A DNA stretch of 51,608 nt from Candidatus Equimonas enterica (GCA_018066225.1 JAGHRU010000052.1:1-51608), one strand, 5' to 3'; numbered from the stretch's first letter, positions 39,652 through 50,290 are shown. Numbers and translations: made by a program. The notes: a model not told the origin generated them from the sequence alone.

Positions 39652-40899
39652 ATGTCGTTAAGTGCTGTTCTCCATCGTCTTCGCCGCTGTCCATCGTCTT
39701 CGCCGCGTCTTCGCCGCGCCTGCTGCCACTGGCAGTGGTGCTTGCGTCGTGCTGTGCGCCATCTGACCCAGTGCTTGCTGCCCCTATGGCGTAAGTTGCA
39801 GCCCTATATGCCTTTGCGCATTGACCGCTACATCATCCGCAAGTTCCTAACGACTTACGTCTTCCTTATCCTCATCATTATCACCATTGCCATTGTCTTC
39901 GACTTCAATGAGAAGATAGACAAACTCACGCAGTCGGGGGCTACGGCAAGGCAGATATGGCTGGACTACTACTTTAACTTCATTCCCTATTTCTCCAACC
40001 TGTTCAGTCCGCTCTTCGTCTTCATAGCCGTCATCTTCATCACCACCAATATGGCGGGCAACTCCGAGATTATCGCTATGCGTGCTGCGGGTATGAGTTT
40101 CAAGCGGCTGCTGCGTCCTTATATGGTGTCGGCCGCCATCATTGCGTTGCTCTCCTTTTTGCTGGGTGGCTTCGTCATACCTCATGGCAATGTGGCGCGT
40201 GTCAATTTTGAGAACACCTACATCAAGAAGAAACTCGTCACTACGCGTGCTGACAACGTGCAGATGCAGGTCGATACCGGTGTTGTGGCCTACATCTCTT
40301 CTTTCGACAATGTCACCAAGAGCGGCTCGGGCTTTTCGCTCGACAAGTTTGAGAACAAGAAACTCGTCTCCCACCTTACGGCTGAAACCATACAGTACGA
40401 CACGCTGGCCAATCACAAGTATTCGTGGCGCATCCACCGCTATTGCATCCGTCAGTTGCAGGGGGTGCGCGAGCAAATCACCACAGGCGAGCGGCTTGAC
40501 ACCACCATCCTCATGCAGCCCTCTGACTTTTTCTACATCAATGGGCAGCAGGAGACGATGACCATCGGCGAACTCGACGAGTTTATCGATCGCCAGCGTC
40601 TGCGCGGTGCTGCTGGCATTAGCACCTTCGAGGTGGAGTATCACAAGCGTTTCGCCATGCCTTTCGCTGCTTTCATCCTTACGCTCATCGGCGTCTCTCT
40701 CTCCTCCGAGAAACGTAAGGGCGGTATGGGCACGAGCATCGGCGTGGGCTTAGCACTCACTTTCTCTTACATCCTGTTTCAAACCATTTCGGCCTCCTTT
40801 GCTACCAATGCAGGCTGGCCCGCTATGCCCGCTGTGTGGATGCCCAACCTCCTCTATGCAGGCATTGCTTTCTATTTCTACCGCAAGACACCCCAATGA
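39652..40899 (+). CDS. LptF/LptG family permease
   Basis: IDRYIIRKFL, SEIIAMRAAGMS, KRFAMPF, WMPNLL; start could instead be 39808. Confidence 0.9.
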   Translation: MSLSAVLHRLRRCPSSSPRLRRACCHWQWCLRRAVRHLTQCLLPLWRKLQPYMPLRIDRYIIRKFLTTYVFLILIIITIAIVFDFNEKIDKLTQSGATARQIWLDYYFNFIPYFSNLFSPLFVFIAVIFITTNMAGNSEIIAMRAAGMSFKRLLRPYMVSAAIIALLSFLLGGFVIPHGNVARVNFENTYIKKKLVTTRADNVQMQVDTGVVAYISSFDNVTKSGSGFSLDKFENKKLVSHLTAETIQYDTLANHKYSWRIHRYCIRQLQGVREQITTGERLDTTILMQPSDFFYINGQQETMTIGELDEFIDRQRLRGAAGISTFEVEYHKRFAMPFAAFILTLIGVSLSSEKRKGGMGTSIGVGLALTFSYILFQTISASFATNAGWPAMPAVWMPNLLYAGIAFYFYRKTPQ

Positions 40900-42344
40900 C
40901 TTCATTCTACGATTTACCTCTGAGCGACGAAGTGCTTGATGCCCTCTGGGACATGCGCTTCGAGACCTGTACGCCGATACAGGAGCAGTGCATCCCCTTG
41001 CTGCTCGAAGGGCGCGACCTCATCGGCATAGCGCAGACGGGCACGGGCAAGACCGCTGCCTATCTCCTGCCGCTGCTCTCTCTCTTGCAGCGTGAGTCGC
41101 ACCCTGCCGATGCTGTCAATTGTCTCATCATGGCGCCGACGCGCGAATTGGCGCAGCAGATAGACCAAGCGCTGCAAGGCTTTGCCTATTACACCAATAT
41201 CAATGGCGTGGCCGTCTATGGCGGCAACGACGGCATCCGCTTCGAGCAGGAGCGGCGGTCGTTTGACAAGGGGGCAGACATTGTCATCGCCACCCCCGGA
41301 CGTCTCATCACCCACATGCAACTTGGCAATCTCGACCTCTCGCGCACGACTCACATCATCCTCGACGAGGCTGACCGTATGCTCGATATGGGTTTCTACG
41401 ACGACATCATGACAATCATCAAGGCCTTGCCGCGTGAGCGTCAGACCGTACTCTTCTCGGCCACAATGCCCGAGGAGATTGCCAAGATGGCGCGTGAGGT
41501 GATGATCGATCCTGCCGAGGTGCGCATCGCTGTCTCCAAGCCTGCCGAGAAGATAGACCAAAGCGTCTATGTCTGCCGCGAGGGCGACAAGACCTATATC
41601 CTCAAGGAGATGTTTGCCAAGCGCAAGCCCGAGCGTGTCATCGTCTTCGCTTCGTCCAAGCAGAAAGTCAAAGAACTCAACATCTCTCTGCGACAGCGTG
41701 GCTACAACGCCGAGGCGATGCACTCCGACCTCGAGCAGCGTCAGCGCGACGAAGTCATGCTGGCCTTCAAGCAGCGCAAGGTCGATATACTCGTCGCCAC
41801 CGACATCGTGAGCCGTGGCATCGACATTGACGACATCACGATGGTGGTCAATTTCGACTGCCCGCGCGACCCCGAAGACTATGTGCACCGCATCGGCCGC
41901 ACGGCGCGTGCCGGTCGGGCAGGCTGTGCCGTCACGCTCGTGGGGGAGAAAGACCAGTATGCTCTCGGCAAGATAGAGCGGCTGCTCGATGCCAAGATAC
42001 CGCGCAACGCCTTGCCCGACGGTCTGCGTGAGCCTGAAATGGGCGAAGACCATGGCCGTGGTGGGCGTGGCAAAGACAGCCGTCACGCTCGTGGTAAAGA
42101 CCAACGTGGCCGTGGCCGAGGTCGCGGTGGTAAGTCGCGCCAGAGCCAACGCGCCGATGCTGCGGCCGCTCCGACGACTTCCTCGACCGCTACGGCCGAT
42201 GCCGCTTCTGCCGACACCCCACAGCCGCGCAAGCGCACCCATCGTGGTGGCCGCCATCGTGGCAAGTCTAAAAAATCTGCGCCATGTACGACATCTCCCG
42301 ACTCCTCCGCCCCAACATCGTCCGCGCCCTCGACGCCGCAGTAG
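40896..42344 (+). CDS. DEAD-box RNA helicase (RhlE-like)
   Basis: AQTGTGKT, PTRELA, DEAD, SAT, HRIGRTARAG, RG-rich tail. Confidence 0.95.
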   Translation: MTSFYDLPLSDEVLDALWDMRFETCTPIQEQCIPLLLEGRDLIGIAQTGTGKTAAYLLPLLSLLQRESHPADAVNCLIMAPTRELAQQIDQALQGFAYYTNINGVAVYGGNDGIRFEQERRSFDKGADIVIATPGRLITHMQLGNLDLSRTTHIILDEADRMLDMGFYDDIMTIIKALPRERQTVLFSATMPEEIAKMAREVMIDPAEVRIAVSKPAEKIDQSVYVCREGDKTYILKEMFAKRKPERVIVFASSKQKVKELNISLRQRGYNAEAMHSDLEQRQRDEVMLAFKQRKVDILVATDIVSRGIDIDDITMVVNFDCPRDPEDYVHRIGRTARAGRAGCAVTLVGEKDQYALGKIERLLDAKIPRNALPDGLREPEMGEDHGRGGRGKDSRHARGKDQRGRGRGRGGKSRQSQRADAAAAPTTSSTATADAASADTPQPRKRTHRGGRHRGKSKKSAPCTTSPDSSAPTSSAPSTPQ

Positions 42345-43318
42345 AGCGCGAGCAGCACAGCGAGCCCCTGCGCTTCGACCGCAATGTCAATCCCTTCAAC
42401 GCGCCGCTGAGCCGCTATCCCGACGCTGCCGACACCGCGCTGTGTCAAGCCGTGTCGCGGCAGAGTGGCCTGCGTCCCGACTGCATCGCGGTGCATCACG
42501 GCGTGACGGAGGCTGTCGATATATTGCTGCGCCTCTTCTGTTCGCCCCGTGAGGACAACATCGTCACCACCACGCCCTCGCGCGACCTCGTCCGTGAGCG
42601 TGCTGCCTTGGCCGATGTGGCTTGCCACGAAGTGCCGCTCGATGTGGCGCACGACTTCGGGGTGAGTGTCGAGGCTTTGCTCTCGGCGGCTGACGAGAGG
42701 ACCAAACTCATCTTCCTGTGCAGCCCTGGCAGTCCTTCTGGTGTCTCACTCAGAGCCGAGGTGGTGCTGGGCCTCGCCGATGCCTTTGACGGCCTCGTGG
42801 TGCTCGATGCGTCTTATGCTGACTTCTCGCCGCGTCCGTCCCTCTACAAGGAGGTGGCGCACCATCCCAACCTCGTGGTGCTCACTGCGCTCAACAGTGC
42901 TTGGGCGGCTGCTGCACTCACCGTTGGCATTAGTTTTGCTGTGCCCGAGGTGACGCGCCTCATGCGACAGGTGGGTCTGCCGCACCCCATCAGCGCGGTG
43001 GCGGCTCACGAAGCCGAGCGTATGCTCTCGCGTCGCACGGAGGTGGAGCAGTGGGTCAATGTCATCCGTGAGGAGCGTGCCCGCATGATGGCAGCGATGG
43101 CGATGTTGCCGTTTTGCGATAAGGTGTTTCCGAGTGAGACCAATTTCTTCTTGGTGCGTCTGCGCAGTGCCGACCGCATCTGGCGGTGGCTGTGCAGTCA
43201 GGGCGTGAGGTTGCATCGGCCTTCTTCCCCTTTGCTGGCCGACTGCCTGCGCATCACCATCGGCAGTGCTGCCGACAATTCCCGCCTCTTGAGCCTGCTG
43301 CGGCAAATCAAGGGCTGA
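42284..43318 (+). CDS. HisC-like class I/II aminotransferase fold, degenerate active site
   Basis: NPFNAPLSRYPD, KLIFLCSP, SETNFFLV, CLRITIG; PLP motif reads TALNSAWAAAALTVG with no Lys. Confidence 0.8.
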   Translation: MYDISRLLRPNIVRALDAAVEREQHSEPLRFDRNVNPFNAPLSRYPDAADTALCQAVSRQSGLRPDCIAVHHGVTEAVDILLRLFCSPREDNIVTTTPSRDLVRERAALADVACHEVPLDVAHDFGVSVEALLSAADERTKLIFLCSPGSPSGVSLRAEVVLGLADAFDGLVVLDASYADFSPRPSLYKEVAHHPNLVVLTALNSAWAAAALTVGISFAVPEVTRLMRQVGLPHPISAVAAHEAERMLSRRTEVEQWVNVIREERARMMAAMAMLPFCDKVFPSETNFFLVRLRSADRIWRWLCSQGVRLHRPSSPLLADCLRITIGSAADNSRLLSLLRQIKG

Positions 43319-43336
43319 CCATTATTCCCTCCCATT

Positions 43337-43972
43337 ATGCAAGACATCTTACGCTACTTCCCCGACCTCTCTGCCGAGCAGCAGACGCAGTTGGCAGCCC
43401 TCGACGGCCTCTATCGCGACTGGAACGCCAAGATCAATGTCATCTCGCGCCGCGATATTGACAATCTCTACACGCACCATGTGCTCCATAGCCTTGCCAT
43501 CGCCAAGGCCATTCGTTTTCGCGCTGGCAGTTGCGTGCTCGACATCGGTACGGGTGGTGGCTTCCCCGGCATCCCTTTGGCTATCCTCTTTCCTGATGTG
43601 CACTTCTGCCTCATCGATAGCATCGGCAAGAAGGTGCGTGTCGCCGCTGCTGTGGCCGAGAGCATCGGCCTGGCCAATGTCACGACTGCGCACTGCAATG
43701 TCGTGGAGCACAAGGATAAGTACGATTTCGTGGTGAGTCGTGGCGTCATGCCGCTGCCCGACCTTGCCCGACTGGTGAGGAAGAATATCGCGCGTGAGCA
43801 GCGCAATGCGTTGCCCGGCGGGCTCATCTGTCTCAAGGGTGGCGATTTGCAGGCCGAGTTGCAGCCCTTCCGCCGTGCCGCCGAGCAGTGGCGCATTGCC
43901 GACTTCTTCCCTGACATTCCTTTTTTCGACACCAAGCAGGTGGTCTATGTCGCCCTCGGCGTAGGCCGCTGA
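43337..43972 (+). CDS. rsmG: 16S rRNA m7G527 methyltransferase RsmG
   Basis: WNAKINVISR, HVLHSL, DIGTGGGFPGIPLAI. Confidence 0.96.
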   Translation: MQDILRYFPDLSAEQQTQLAALDGLYRDWNAKINVISRRDIDNLYTHHVLHSLAIAKAIRFRAGSCVLDIGTGGGFPGIPLAILFPDVHFCLIDSIGKKVRVAAAVAESIGLANVTTAHCNVVEHKDKYDFVVSRGVMPLPDLARLVRKNIAREQRNALPGGLICLKGGDLQAELQPFRRAAEQWRIADFFPDIPFFDTKQVVYVALGVGR

Positions 43973-43994
43973 TGCCGCTTACTTTTGCTTGCCT

Positions 43995-44633
43995 ATGCTA
44001 CACATCGAAACTTTCACCGTCAATTTCATACAAGAGAACTGCTATGTCGTGAGCGACGAGACCCGCGAGGCCGTCGTCATCGACTGCGGTGCGTACTATC
44101 TCGAGGAGCAGCAGCGTGTGCTCTCCTACCTGCGTGACCATGCGTTGCGTCCCGTGCATCTGCTCTGCACCCATGGCCATTTCGACCACGTCTTCGGGCT
44201 GAAAGTGCTCTCCGATGCCTATGGCCTTGGCGTCACGCTCCATGCCGCCGATGTGGCGACCTATGAGAAGGCCGAGGAGCAGCTCATGCTCTTCATGCAC
44301 AAGTCGCTCCCTATCGATCTCGTCCCCGTGACGCGTCAGTTGCAGGCGGGCGACACCGTCACCTTCGGTACGCACACGCTGCGTGTCATCCACACGCCCG
44401 GTCACACGCCCGGCGGCGTCTGCTACTACTCGGAGCAGGAGCAAGTCATCTTCACTGGCGATAGCCTCTTCCGCCACAGCATCGGACGCACCGACCTGCC
44501 CGGTAGTACGCCCGACCTCGACGAGGAGTTGCGGCAGAAAGTGCTTGTGCTTCCGCCCGAGACGCGGGTGCTGCCCGGCCATGGCGATCCGTCGTACATC
44601 GGCGAGGAGCAGCGTGCCAATCCCTATCTCTAA
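43995..44633 (+). CDS. MBL-fold metallo-hydrolase (YcbL/glyoxalase II-like)
   Basis: THGHFDH, TPGHTPG, GDSLF..SIGRTD, PGHG. Confidence 0.92.
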   Translation: MLHIETFTVNFIQENCYVVSDETREAVVIDCGAYYLEEQQRVLSYLRDHALRPVHLLCTHGHFDHVFGLKVLSDAYGLGVTLHAADVATYEKAEEQLMLFMHKSLPIDLVPVTRQLQAGDTVTFGTHTLRVIHTPGHTPGGVCYYSEQEQVIFTGDSLFRHSIGRTDLPGSTPDLDEELRQKVLVLPPETRVLPGHGDPSYIGEEQRANPYL

Positions 44634-44686
44634 GGGGCATGGCCGTGCCGCCGCGAGCGGCAGAAATGTCGGTTCGCTGCCGACAC

Positions 44687-44737
44687 AAAAGCATGGCGGT
44701 GCAGAGGTCATTTAGGCCTGTGCACCGCCATGTTTAT
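44687..44737. terminator. Probable bidirectional terminator
   Basis: CATGGCGGTGCA/TGCACCGCCATG stem flanked by A- and T-runs. Confidence 0.75.
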
Positions 44738-44763
44738 GCGCTTATGTGGATTTTGAAGACCGC

Positions 44764-44861
44764 TCTGGGCAGGTGACTGTCACGCTCTGGGCAGACCGTG
44801 ACGACTACCAGCGCGGATAGTTGCGACGCCTTGGGCAGAGCGTGTGCACGCTTTGGGCAGA
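44764..44861. repeat. 22-bp-period repeat cluster (YYTGGGCAGA orientation)
   Basis: Cores at 44764, 44786, 44808 (degenerate), 44830, 44852. Confidence 0.8.
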
Positions 44862-45040
44862 TGAGGCGTAGCGTGACGGCTGCTGTCGCGTGTACTTTTG
44901 CGTTATATGTCAGATTTTCAGTGTGTTGTCTTTCTTCTGTTTCCTGCCGCGAAATCGTGTAAGAGGGCAGCGCGTCGTGACGCCGTCGCATTTTGCTCCT
45001 TGCCAAAGCACATAGCCTTGGTCTGAAACTCGGAAAGCAC

Positions 45041-47827
45041 CTATCGCTCGCGCCCCTTGCAGAGGGCGTGAAACTCGCATTTGGCGCACGCGCTTGTCAG
45101 CGTCGTCGGCTTAAACGGCTGCGTGGTGTCGATGATTTCGGCCAAGAGCGCGCGCGTCTTTTCCTCCATCTCGTCGGCATAGGGCGCAAAGTCCGTGATG
45201 GGTGTTGCCTTTTCGCGGGAAGGTTTGAGGGCAATATAGGGCGAGAAGTCGGGGGCTTTGGCGTGGTGCACAAAGAAGAGCGCGGGAGCGATGCGTGCCG
45301 CCGCTGCGCCCTGACAGCCCCGGCGTAGGAGCATGAGTGCGTAGAGGAAGGTTTGCAGGATGTAGTGGGGACGCTTGTCGCTCGGGGTGAAAAGCGAGGT
45401 TAAGTCGCCGTTGAATTGCTCCACCTTGCCGCCGGTCTTGTAATCGACGATGCGCAGCAGGTCGCCACCCGCGTCGTGTACGATGTCGAGTCGGTCCACG
45501 ATGCCCGAGAGGGTAATGCGGTGTGTGGTGCCGTCGGCGGCGCTGATGTCGAAGTCCATGGCGTAGTTTTCCTCCGCGGCTTTGTAGGTGAAGGGACACA
45601 GTGTGGCGTCGTAGCGGAGCAGCGTGGTTAGGAAGGTGAAGAGCAGACTGCGGGTGATGGCATCGGGCCTATTGGGACGCAACGCGGCTACCGCGGTGTC
45701 GATTTCGGCCGCTGTGGGTGGCGTCGCGCGGCGCTGCATTTGCCGGCGTAGCGTGTTTTGCCGCGCTGCCAGTTCTTCCGCCACTGCGGCTTCGAGCAAC
45801 TGCTGATAGCGGGCTTCGCGTCGCTGCTCGTCGCCCTCTGTGAAGGCCAGTAGGTCGGCGCGTTCCACCCTTGTGGGGAAGCCTGCTTCACCCGACAACG
45901 TCTTGTAAAACTGCTCCGCCATAGCGTGGAAGATGGTGCCCAGCGTGTTGGGCTGCATGGTCTCTTTCTCTTCGTCGGGCAGGCGCAGGCCGCACACCTT
46001 GTTGTAGTAGAAAGCGAGTGGGCAACGGAGGTAGGTGTTGAGGTCGGAGGGGGAGATACGCTTGATGCGCTCGGCGATGTCGGCAGGCTTGTCGATGGCC
46101 GAGGCTTGGTCGTCGGCGTAGTAGGAAGCCGTGGTGAGGGCGATGTGGCGGACGGGGTAGGGGGCGGTGACGAGCAGCTGGCGCAGATAGCGCGACATCT
46201 CGCCGTGGCGCATGCTGCTCGTGCTGGCGTTGAAGACCATACGGCAGTGCGTAGCGCGGCTGAGGAGGCGGTGGAAGTAGTAGGCGAAGGTCTCGGCGTG
46301 GGTGTGGGCGGTCGGTAGGCCGTAGGCTTCCCGTAGCAGCATCGGGATGAACGACCCCTTGCGCTGCGGTGCTGGCAGACGGTCGTCGCTGGCCGAGAGG
46401 ATGAGCACTTGGTCGAAGTCCAGACTGCGCGTTTCGAGCATACCCATGATCTGTATGCCCGTTATGGGCTCGCCCTCAAAGGGAATGGTCGTGCTGCGCA
46501 CCACGCGGCCGATTAGCGCGCGCAGCGTCTCGGGTTGTACGGCGAGCAGCGGATGGCCTTCGACCGTGCGCAGGTCGGTGAGTCGCGTCAGGCTTTCGAT
46601 GAGTTCGGCAGCCTGTGCCAGGGCTTCGCTTTGCAGCACGTCGTCAAAGTCGGTCGCGTCGTAGTGCTCCTCGTCCGTCCAGCGTCTGCGCTCTGCCACG
46701 AGGGCGTCGCTTAGGGCGGTGAGCGTCTCGCGTGGTGCGGTCAGCCCTTGTGCCTCTGCGCCTTGCAGATAGCGGTCGATGTAGGTGGCGGCCAGTGTGC
46801 TCGACAGGGGGAAACCCTTGGTGATATTGACGCGCTCCACCTCTTCGGGAATGGCCTCGATGACATTTTGCAGCAGGCTCTCGTCGCAGAGCACGATGGC
46901 GGTGCGCTCCTCGGGCGTGGTGCGGTGGGCGCGTAGCCAAGGCGTCACGCTCTGCGCTATGCTGCTGTCGGTCGTCGTGGCGACATACTCCACCGATTTC
47001 TCCTTGCTCACGTTGGCGAAACACTCGGGCGGCAGCGCGCTTCCGTGCAGGGCTATGCCCTTGCGTATGGCCGCCCCTGCGGGGGTGTCCAGATAGGTCG
47101 CGTCGTAGTCCCAGTACCATGTCTGGACGTCGAGTTGGCGCATCAGCCGCTCCTCGGTCGGCAGCAGGCGGTTGAAGCCTACGGCGACGAAGGTAGATTG
47201 CTCGGGGGAGCAGATGTCGCTCTCTGCCACGATGCGTTCCAGCATGCCCTCATAGGCTTTCCCCGAGGCTTGCAGTTCTTCGCGCAGCGTCTTGTATATG
47301 GGCAGCATGTTGCGCCATAGGGCGAAGTAGCGCCTTTGCATTTCGCTCTGCACCTTGCCGCCCTCGAAGTCGATGCCCTGGAAGAACTTGCGGAGCACCT
47401 CCACCTGCTCCTCATTCAGCGTGCCGCGCTGCTCGAGGGCTTTGAGGTCGGCGAGGTTGCTCAGCAGCATGTCGGCATTGACCATGTATTTGTCTATCTC
47501 GTCGAAGTCTTGCAGGAGTTGTTCGCCCCAGCCGAAGAACTCGTCGAGCGTATAGTGCTGCAAGTCGGGGATGTCCAGCCTGCGGGCGATGTGGTAGATG
47601 CGGCACACCGTCTCTATGGGCTCGGCCATTGTGAGCCCCGACAGGCTGCGAAAGAGGCGGTCTATGCTGCGGTGGCGCGGCAGACGCACCCCGGGACACA
47701 GCGCGCGCAGGTGCTGGTCGATGAAGAGGGCTGGGCGCTTGCCCGGACAGACAAGGGTGAGGTGGCGGAGGTCGGTGCCGAAGCGGCGCAGCAGGTCGGC
47801 GGCGACATGGTGGAGAAATGGGGTCAT
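45041..47827 (-). CDS. AddB-like PD-(D/E)XK nuclease family protein
   Basis: MGMLETR.LDF, YLRCPLAFY, GIVDRLD, IVDYKTG, C-terminal CAKCEFHALC. Confidence 0.88.
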   Translation of the reverse strand: MTPFLHHVAADLLRRFGTDLRHLTLVCPGKRPALFIDQHLRALCPGVRLPRHRSIDRLFRSLSGLTMAEPIETVCRIYHIARRLDIPDLQHYTLDEFFGWGEQLLQDFDEIDKYMVNADMLLSNLADLKALEQRGTLNEEQVEVLRKFFQGIDFEGGKVQSEMQRRYFALWRNMLPIYKTLREELQASGKAYEGMLERIVAESDICSPEQSTFVAVGFNRLLPTEERLMRQLDVQTWYWDYDATYLDTPAGAAIRKGIALHGSALPPECFANVSKEKSVEYVATTTDSSIAQSVTPWLRAHRTTPEERTAIVLCDESLLQNVIEAIPEEVERVNITKGFPLSSTLAATYIDRYLQGAEAQGLTAPRETLTALSDALVAERRRWTDEEHYDATDFDDVLQSEALAQAAELIESLTRLTDLRTVEGHPLLAVQPETLRALIGRVVRSTTIPFEGEPITGIQIMGMLETRSLDFDQVLILSASDDRLPAPQRKGSFIPMLLREAYGLPTAHTHAETFAYYFHRLLSRATHCRMVFNASTSSMRHGEMSRYLRQLLVTAPYPVRHIALTTASYYADDQASAIDKPADIAERIKRISPSDLNTYLRCPLAFYYNKVCGLRLPDEEKETMQPNTLGTIFHAMAEQFYKTLSGEAGFPTRVERADLLAFTEGDEQRREARYQQLLEAAVAEELAARQNTLRRQMQRRATPPTAAEIDTAVAALRPNRPDAITRSLLFTFLTTLLRYDATLCPFTYKAAEENYAMDFDISAADGTTHRITLSGIVDRLDIVHDAGGDLLRIVDYKTGGKVEQFNGDLTSLFTPSDKRPHYILQTFLYALMLLRRGCQGAAAARIAPALFFVHHAKAPDFSPYIALKPSREKATPITDFAPYADEMEEKTRALLAEIIDTTQPFKPTTLTSACAKCEFHALCKGRER

Positions 47828-47855
47828 AGTCAGTATGTACTGGTGGACAGAGTTG

Positions 47856-47947
47856 CAAAAATACTGCTTTTGTCGGGTATTGACAAGGCTTTTTTAGAAA
47901 AAATGGGTGCGCAGCGCGCTGCATCTCCCTTTTTTATTGTAATTTTG
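47856..47947. promoter_or_regulatory. Divergent Bacteroidetes promoters
   Basis: TATTTTTG on minus strand (47856-47863); TAATTTTG on plus strand (47940-47947). Confidence 0.6.
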
Positions 47948-47988
47948 CAGGTGGTATTAGAAAAACTAAAAAAGTAGCAATAGCAAAT

Positions 47989-49470
47989 ATGGCAAACGAA
48001 TTGAAAGACCTCACCAAGCGTGCTGACGATTATTCGCGTTGGTACAACGAGCTTGTGGTGAAGGCCGACTTGGCCGAGCAGGCCGACGTGCGCGGCTGTA
48101 TGGTGATTAAGCCCTACGGCTACGCTATCTGGGAACGCATACAGCAGACGCTCGACGAGCGTTTCAAGGCTACGGGGGTGCAAAATGTCTATTTCCCGAT
48201 GCTCATCCCCAAATCTTTCCTCTCGCGTGAAGCCGAGCACGTGGAAGGCTTCGCCAAGGAGTGCGCCGTGGTGACGCACTACCGCCTCAAAGCCAATCCT
48301 GAGGGCGATGGTGTTGTCGTCGATCCCGAAGCCAAGTTGGAGGAGGAGCTCATCATCCGCCCCACGTCGGAGACGACGATTTGGAACACCTACAAGAACT
48401 GGATACACTCATGGCGCGACCTGCCTTTGCTCTGCAACCAGTGGTGCAACGTCATGCGCTGGGAGATGCGCACCCGACTCTTCCTCCGCACCTCGGAGTT
48501 CCTCTGGCAAGAGGGACATACCGCCCACGCCACGCGTGAGGAGGCCGAAGCCCGTGCCAAGCAGATGCTCAATGTCTATGCCGACTTCGCCAAGGATATC
48601 TTGGCCATCCCCGTAGTGCGTGGTGTCAAGAGCGAGACGGAGCGTTTCGCAGGTGCGCTCGATACCTACACCATCGAGGCAATGATGCAGGACGGCAAGG
48701 CCTTGCAGAGCGGCACGAGTCACTTCCTCGGGCAGAACTTCGGCAAGGCCTTTGGCGTGCAGTTCGTCAATAAGGAGAACAAGCCCGAGTACGCTTGGGC
48801 TACTTCATGGGGCGTCAGCACCCGACTCATGGGCGCGCTCATCATGACCCACTCCGACGACAATGGCCTCGTCTTGCCGCCACACCTTGCGCCTATACAG
48901 GTGGTCATCGTGCCCATCTTCAAGGGAAAGGAAATCGAGAAGTTCGACACGGTGCTCGGTGCGTTGGCTGATCGTCTTCGCGCCAAGGGCATACGCGTGA
49001 AATACGACAACGCCGACAACAAACGTCCGGGCTTTAAGTTTGCCGACTACGAGCTCAAAGGTGTGCCCGTGCGTCTGGCTATGGGTGGCCGCGACTTGGA
49101 GAACGGCACCATCGAGCTCATGCGTCGCGACTTGCTCGAGAAGGAGACCGTGCCTTTCGAGGGCATAGAGGAGCGTATCCCCGCGCTCTTGGAGGAGATA
49201 CAGCAAAACGTTTATGACAAGGCCAAGCGGCGACTGGACGAAAACATCTTCTCTTGTGACGACTATGCCGAGTTTAAGGAGCGTGTCAAGCAGGGCGGTT
49301 TCTATCTCTGTCCTTGGGACGGCACCGCCGAGACCGAAGCCAAGATCAAGGCCGACACGCAGGCCACCATACGCTGCGTCCCCTACGGCTATTCGCAAGA
49401 AAACCTCGGCGTCGATATGGTGAGCGGCAAGCCTGCCACTTGTCGTGTGCTCATCGCACGCAGTTATTAA
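47989..49470 (+). CDS. proS: Proline--tRNA ligase (archaeal/eukaryotic type)
   Basis: [37 protein letters not shown]-terminal ARSY. Confidence 0.97.
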   Translation: MANELKDLTKRADDYSRWYNELVVKADLAEQADVRGCMVIKPYGYAIWERIQQTLDERFKATGVQNVYFPMLIPKSFLSREAEHVEGFAKECAVVTHYRLKANPEGDGVVVDPEAKLEEELIIRPTSETTIWNTYKNWIHSWRDLPLLCNQWCNVMRWEMRTRLFLRTSEFLWQEGHTAHATREEAEARAKQMLNVYADFAKDILAIPVVRGVKSETERFAGALDTYTIEAMMQDGKALQSGTSHFLGQNFGKAFGVQFVNKENKPEYAWATSWGVSTRLMGALIMTHSDDNGLVLPPHLAPIQVVIVPIFKGKEIEKFDTVLGALADRLRAKGIRVKYDNADNKRPGFKFADYELKGVPVRLAMGGRDLENGTIELMRRDLLEKETVPFEGIEERIPALLEEIQQNVYDKAKRRLDENIFSCDDYAEFKERVKQGGFYLCPWDGTAETEAKIKADTQATIRCVPYGYSQENLGVDMVSGKPATCRVLIARSY

Positions 49471-49479
49471 GCCATACCT

Positions 49480-49527
49480 GCGGGCAGCGAGAGGGCTTCG
49501 GTGCCTCTTGCTGCCCGCTTTGTCTTT
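49480..49527 (+). terminator. Intrinsic terminator after proS
   Basis: GCGGGCAGCGAGAGG/CCTCTTGCTGCCCGC stem then TTTGTCTTT. Confidence 0.75.
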
Positions 49528-49536
49528 CCTTGTCCT

Positions 49537-50256
49537 ATGCAATCACTGTCTTTTCGTGTCCTCGTCTTCTGCTGCTTCCTCGCGCTCGCTACGGGCTGCG
49601 AGCGGCTGGACATCACCGACGACGAGCCCTCCAAGGAGCAGCGCGAGCCTGCCGACGACGACACGCCCACAGGGGACGCTGGCTACCTCCTTGTGCCAGA
49701 GGCACTGGCTATGGGGCGTGATGCCAACAAGGAGGTCACGGTGGCGGGTTTCATCGTGGGCTATGTCGATGGCACATCGATGAGCAAGGCTGTCTTTGGC
49801 AAGCCCAAGTCGGCTGCCAACACCAATATGCTCATCGCTGCTTCCACCAAGACCACCGATCCTGCCGAGTGCCTGCCTGTGGAGCTCTCTACCAAGGGAG
49901 AGAACTTCCGCCGCTATCTCAATCTCTACGACAACCCCGGCAACTTCCACGCGCCTATCATCCTGCGCGGCCTCTTGACCCGCTATTTTGGTGTGGCGGG
50001 GCTCAAATCCGTGGTCGATTATCAGTGGATATGGGACGGCAGTCTGCCCGATGCGGGCAGCGACACGCCCACGCCGCCCGACGACAGCGACGACGACTCG
50101 GAGGTGACGCCCGATAATCCGCCTGTGACGCCGCCCGACGACCCAGTCGTGAAGCCCGATGATCCGCCCGTGACGCCCGACAAGCCGGAGCCTGCTCCCG
50201 ACGACCACCCCGACCTTTCCCATGATATGCCTGCCGACCCCTACCAAGGGCGATAG
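49537..50256 (+). CDS. Lipoprotein with DUF6359-like domain and Pro/Asp-rich tail
   Basis: Lipobox LATGC; GFIVG, TNMLIA, CLPVEL, LNLYDNP, YFGVAGLK; VTPD.PP repeats. Confidence 0.75.
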   Translation: MQSLSFRVLVFCCFLALATGCERLDITDDEPSKEQREPADDDTPTGDAGYLLVPEALAMGRDANKEVTVAGFIVGYVDGTSMSKAVFGKPKSAANTNMLIAASTKTTDPAECLPVELSTKGENFRRYLNLYDNPGNFHAPIILRGLLTRYFGVAGLKSVVDYQWIWDGSLPDAGSDTPTPPDDSDDDSEVTPDNPPVTPPDDPVVKPDDPPVTPDKPEPAPDDHPDLSHDMPADPYQGR

Positions 50257-50290
50257 GCATCAGACCGCAACTACCAACCCCTCTACCCCC

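Noticed and set aside
50104-50190. Tandem ~21-bp repeats
   Set aside because: Encode an ordinary Pro/Asp/Thr-rich low-complexity tail
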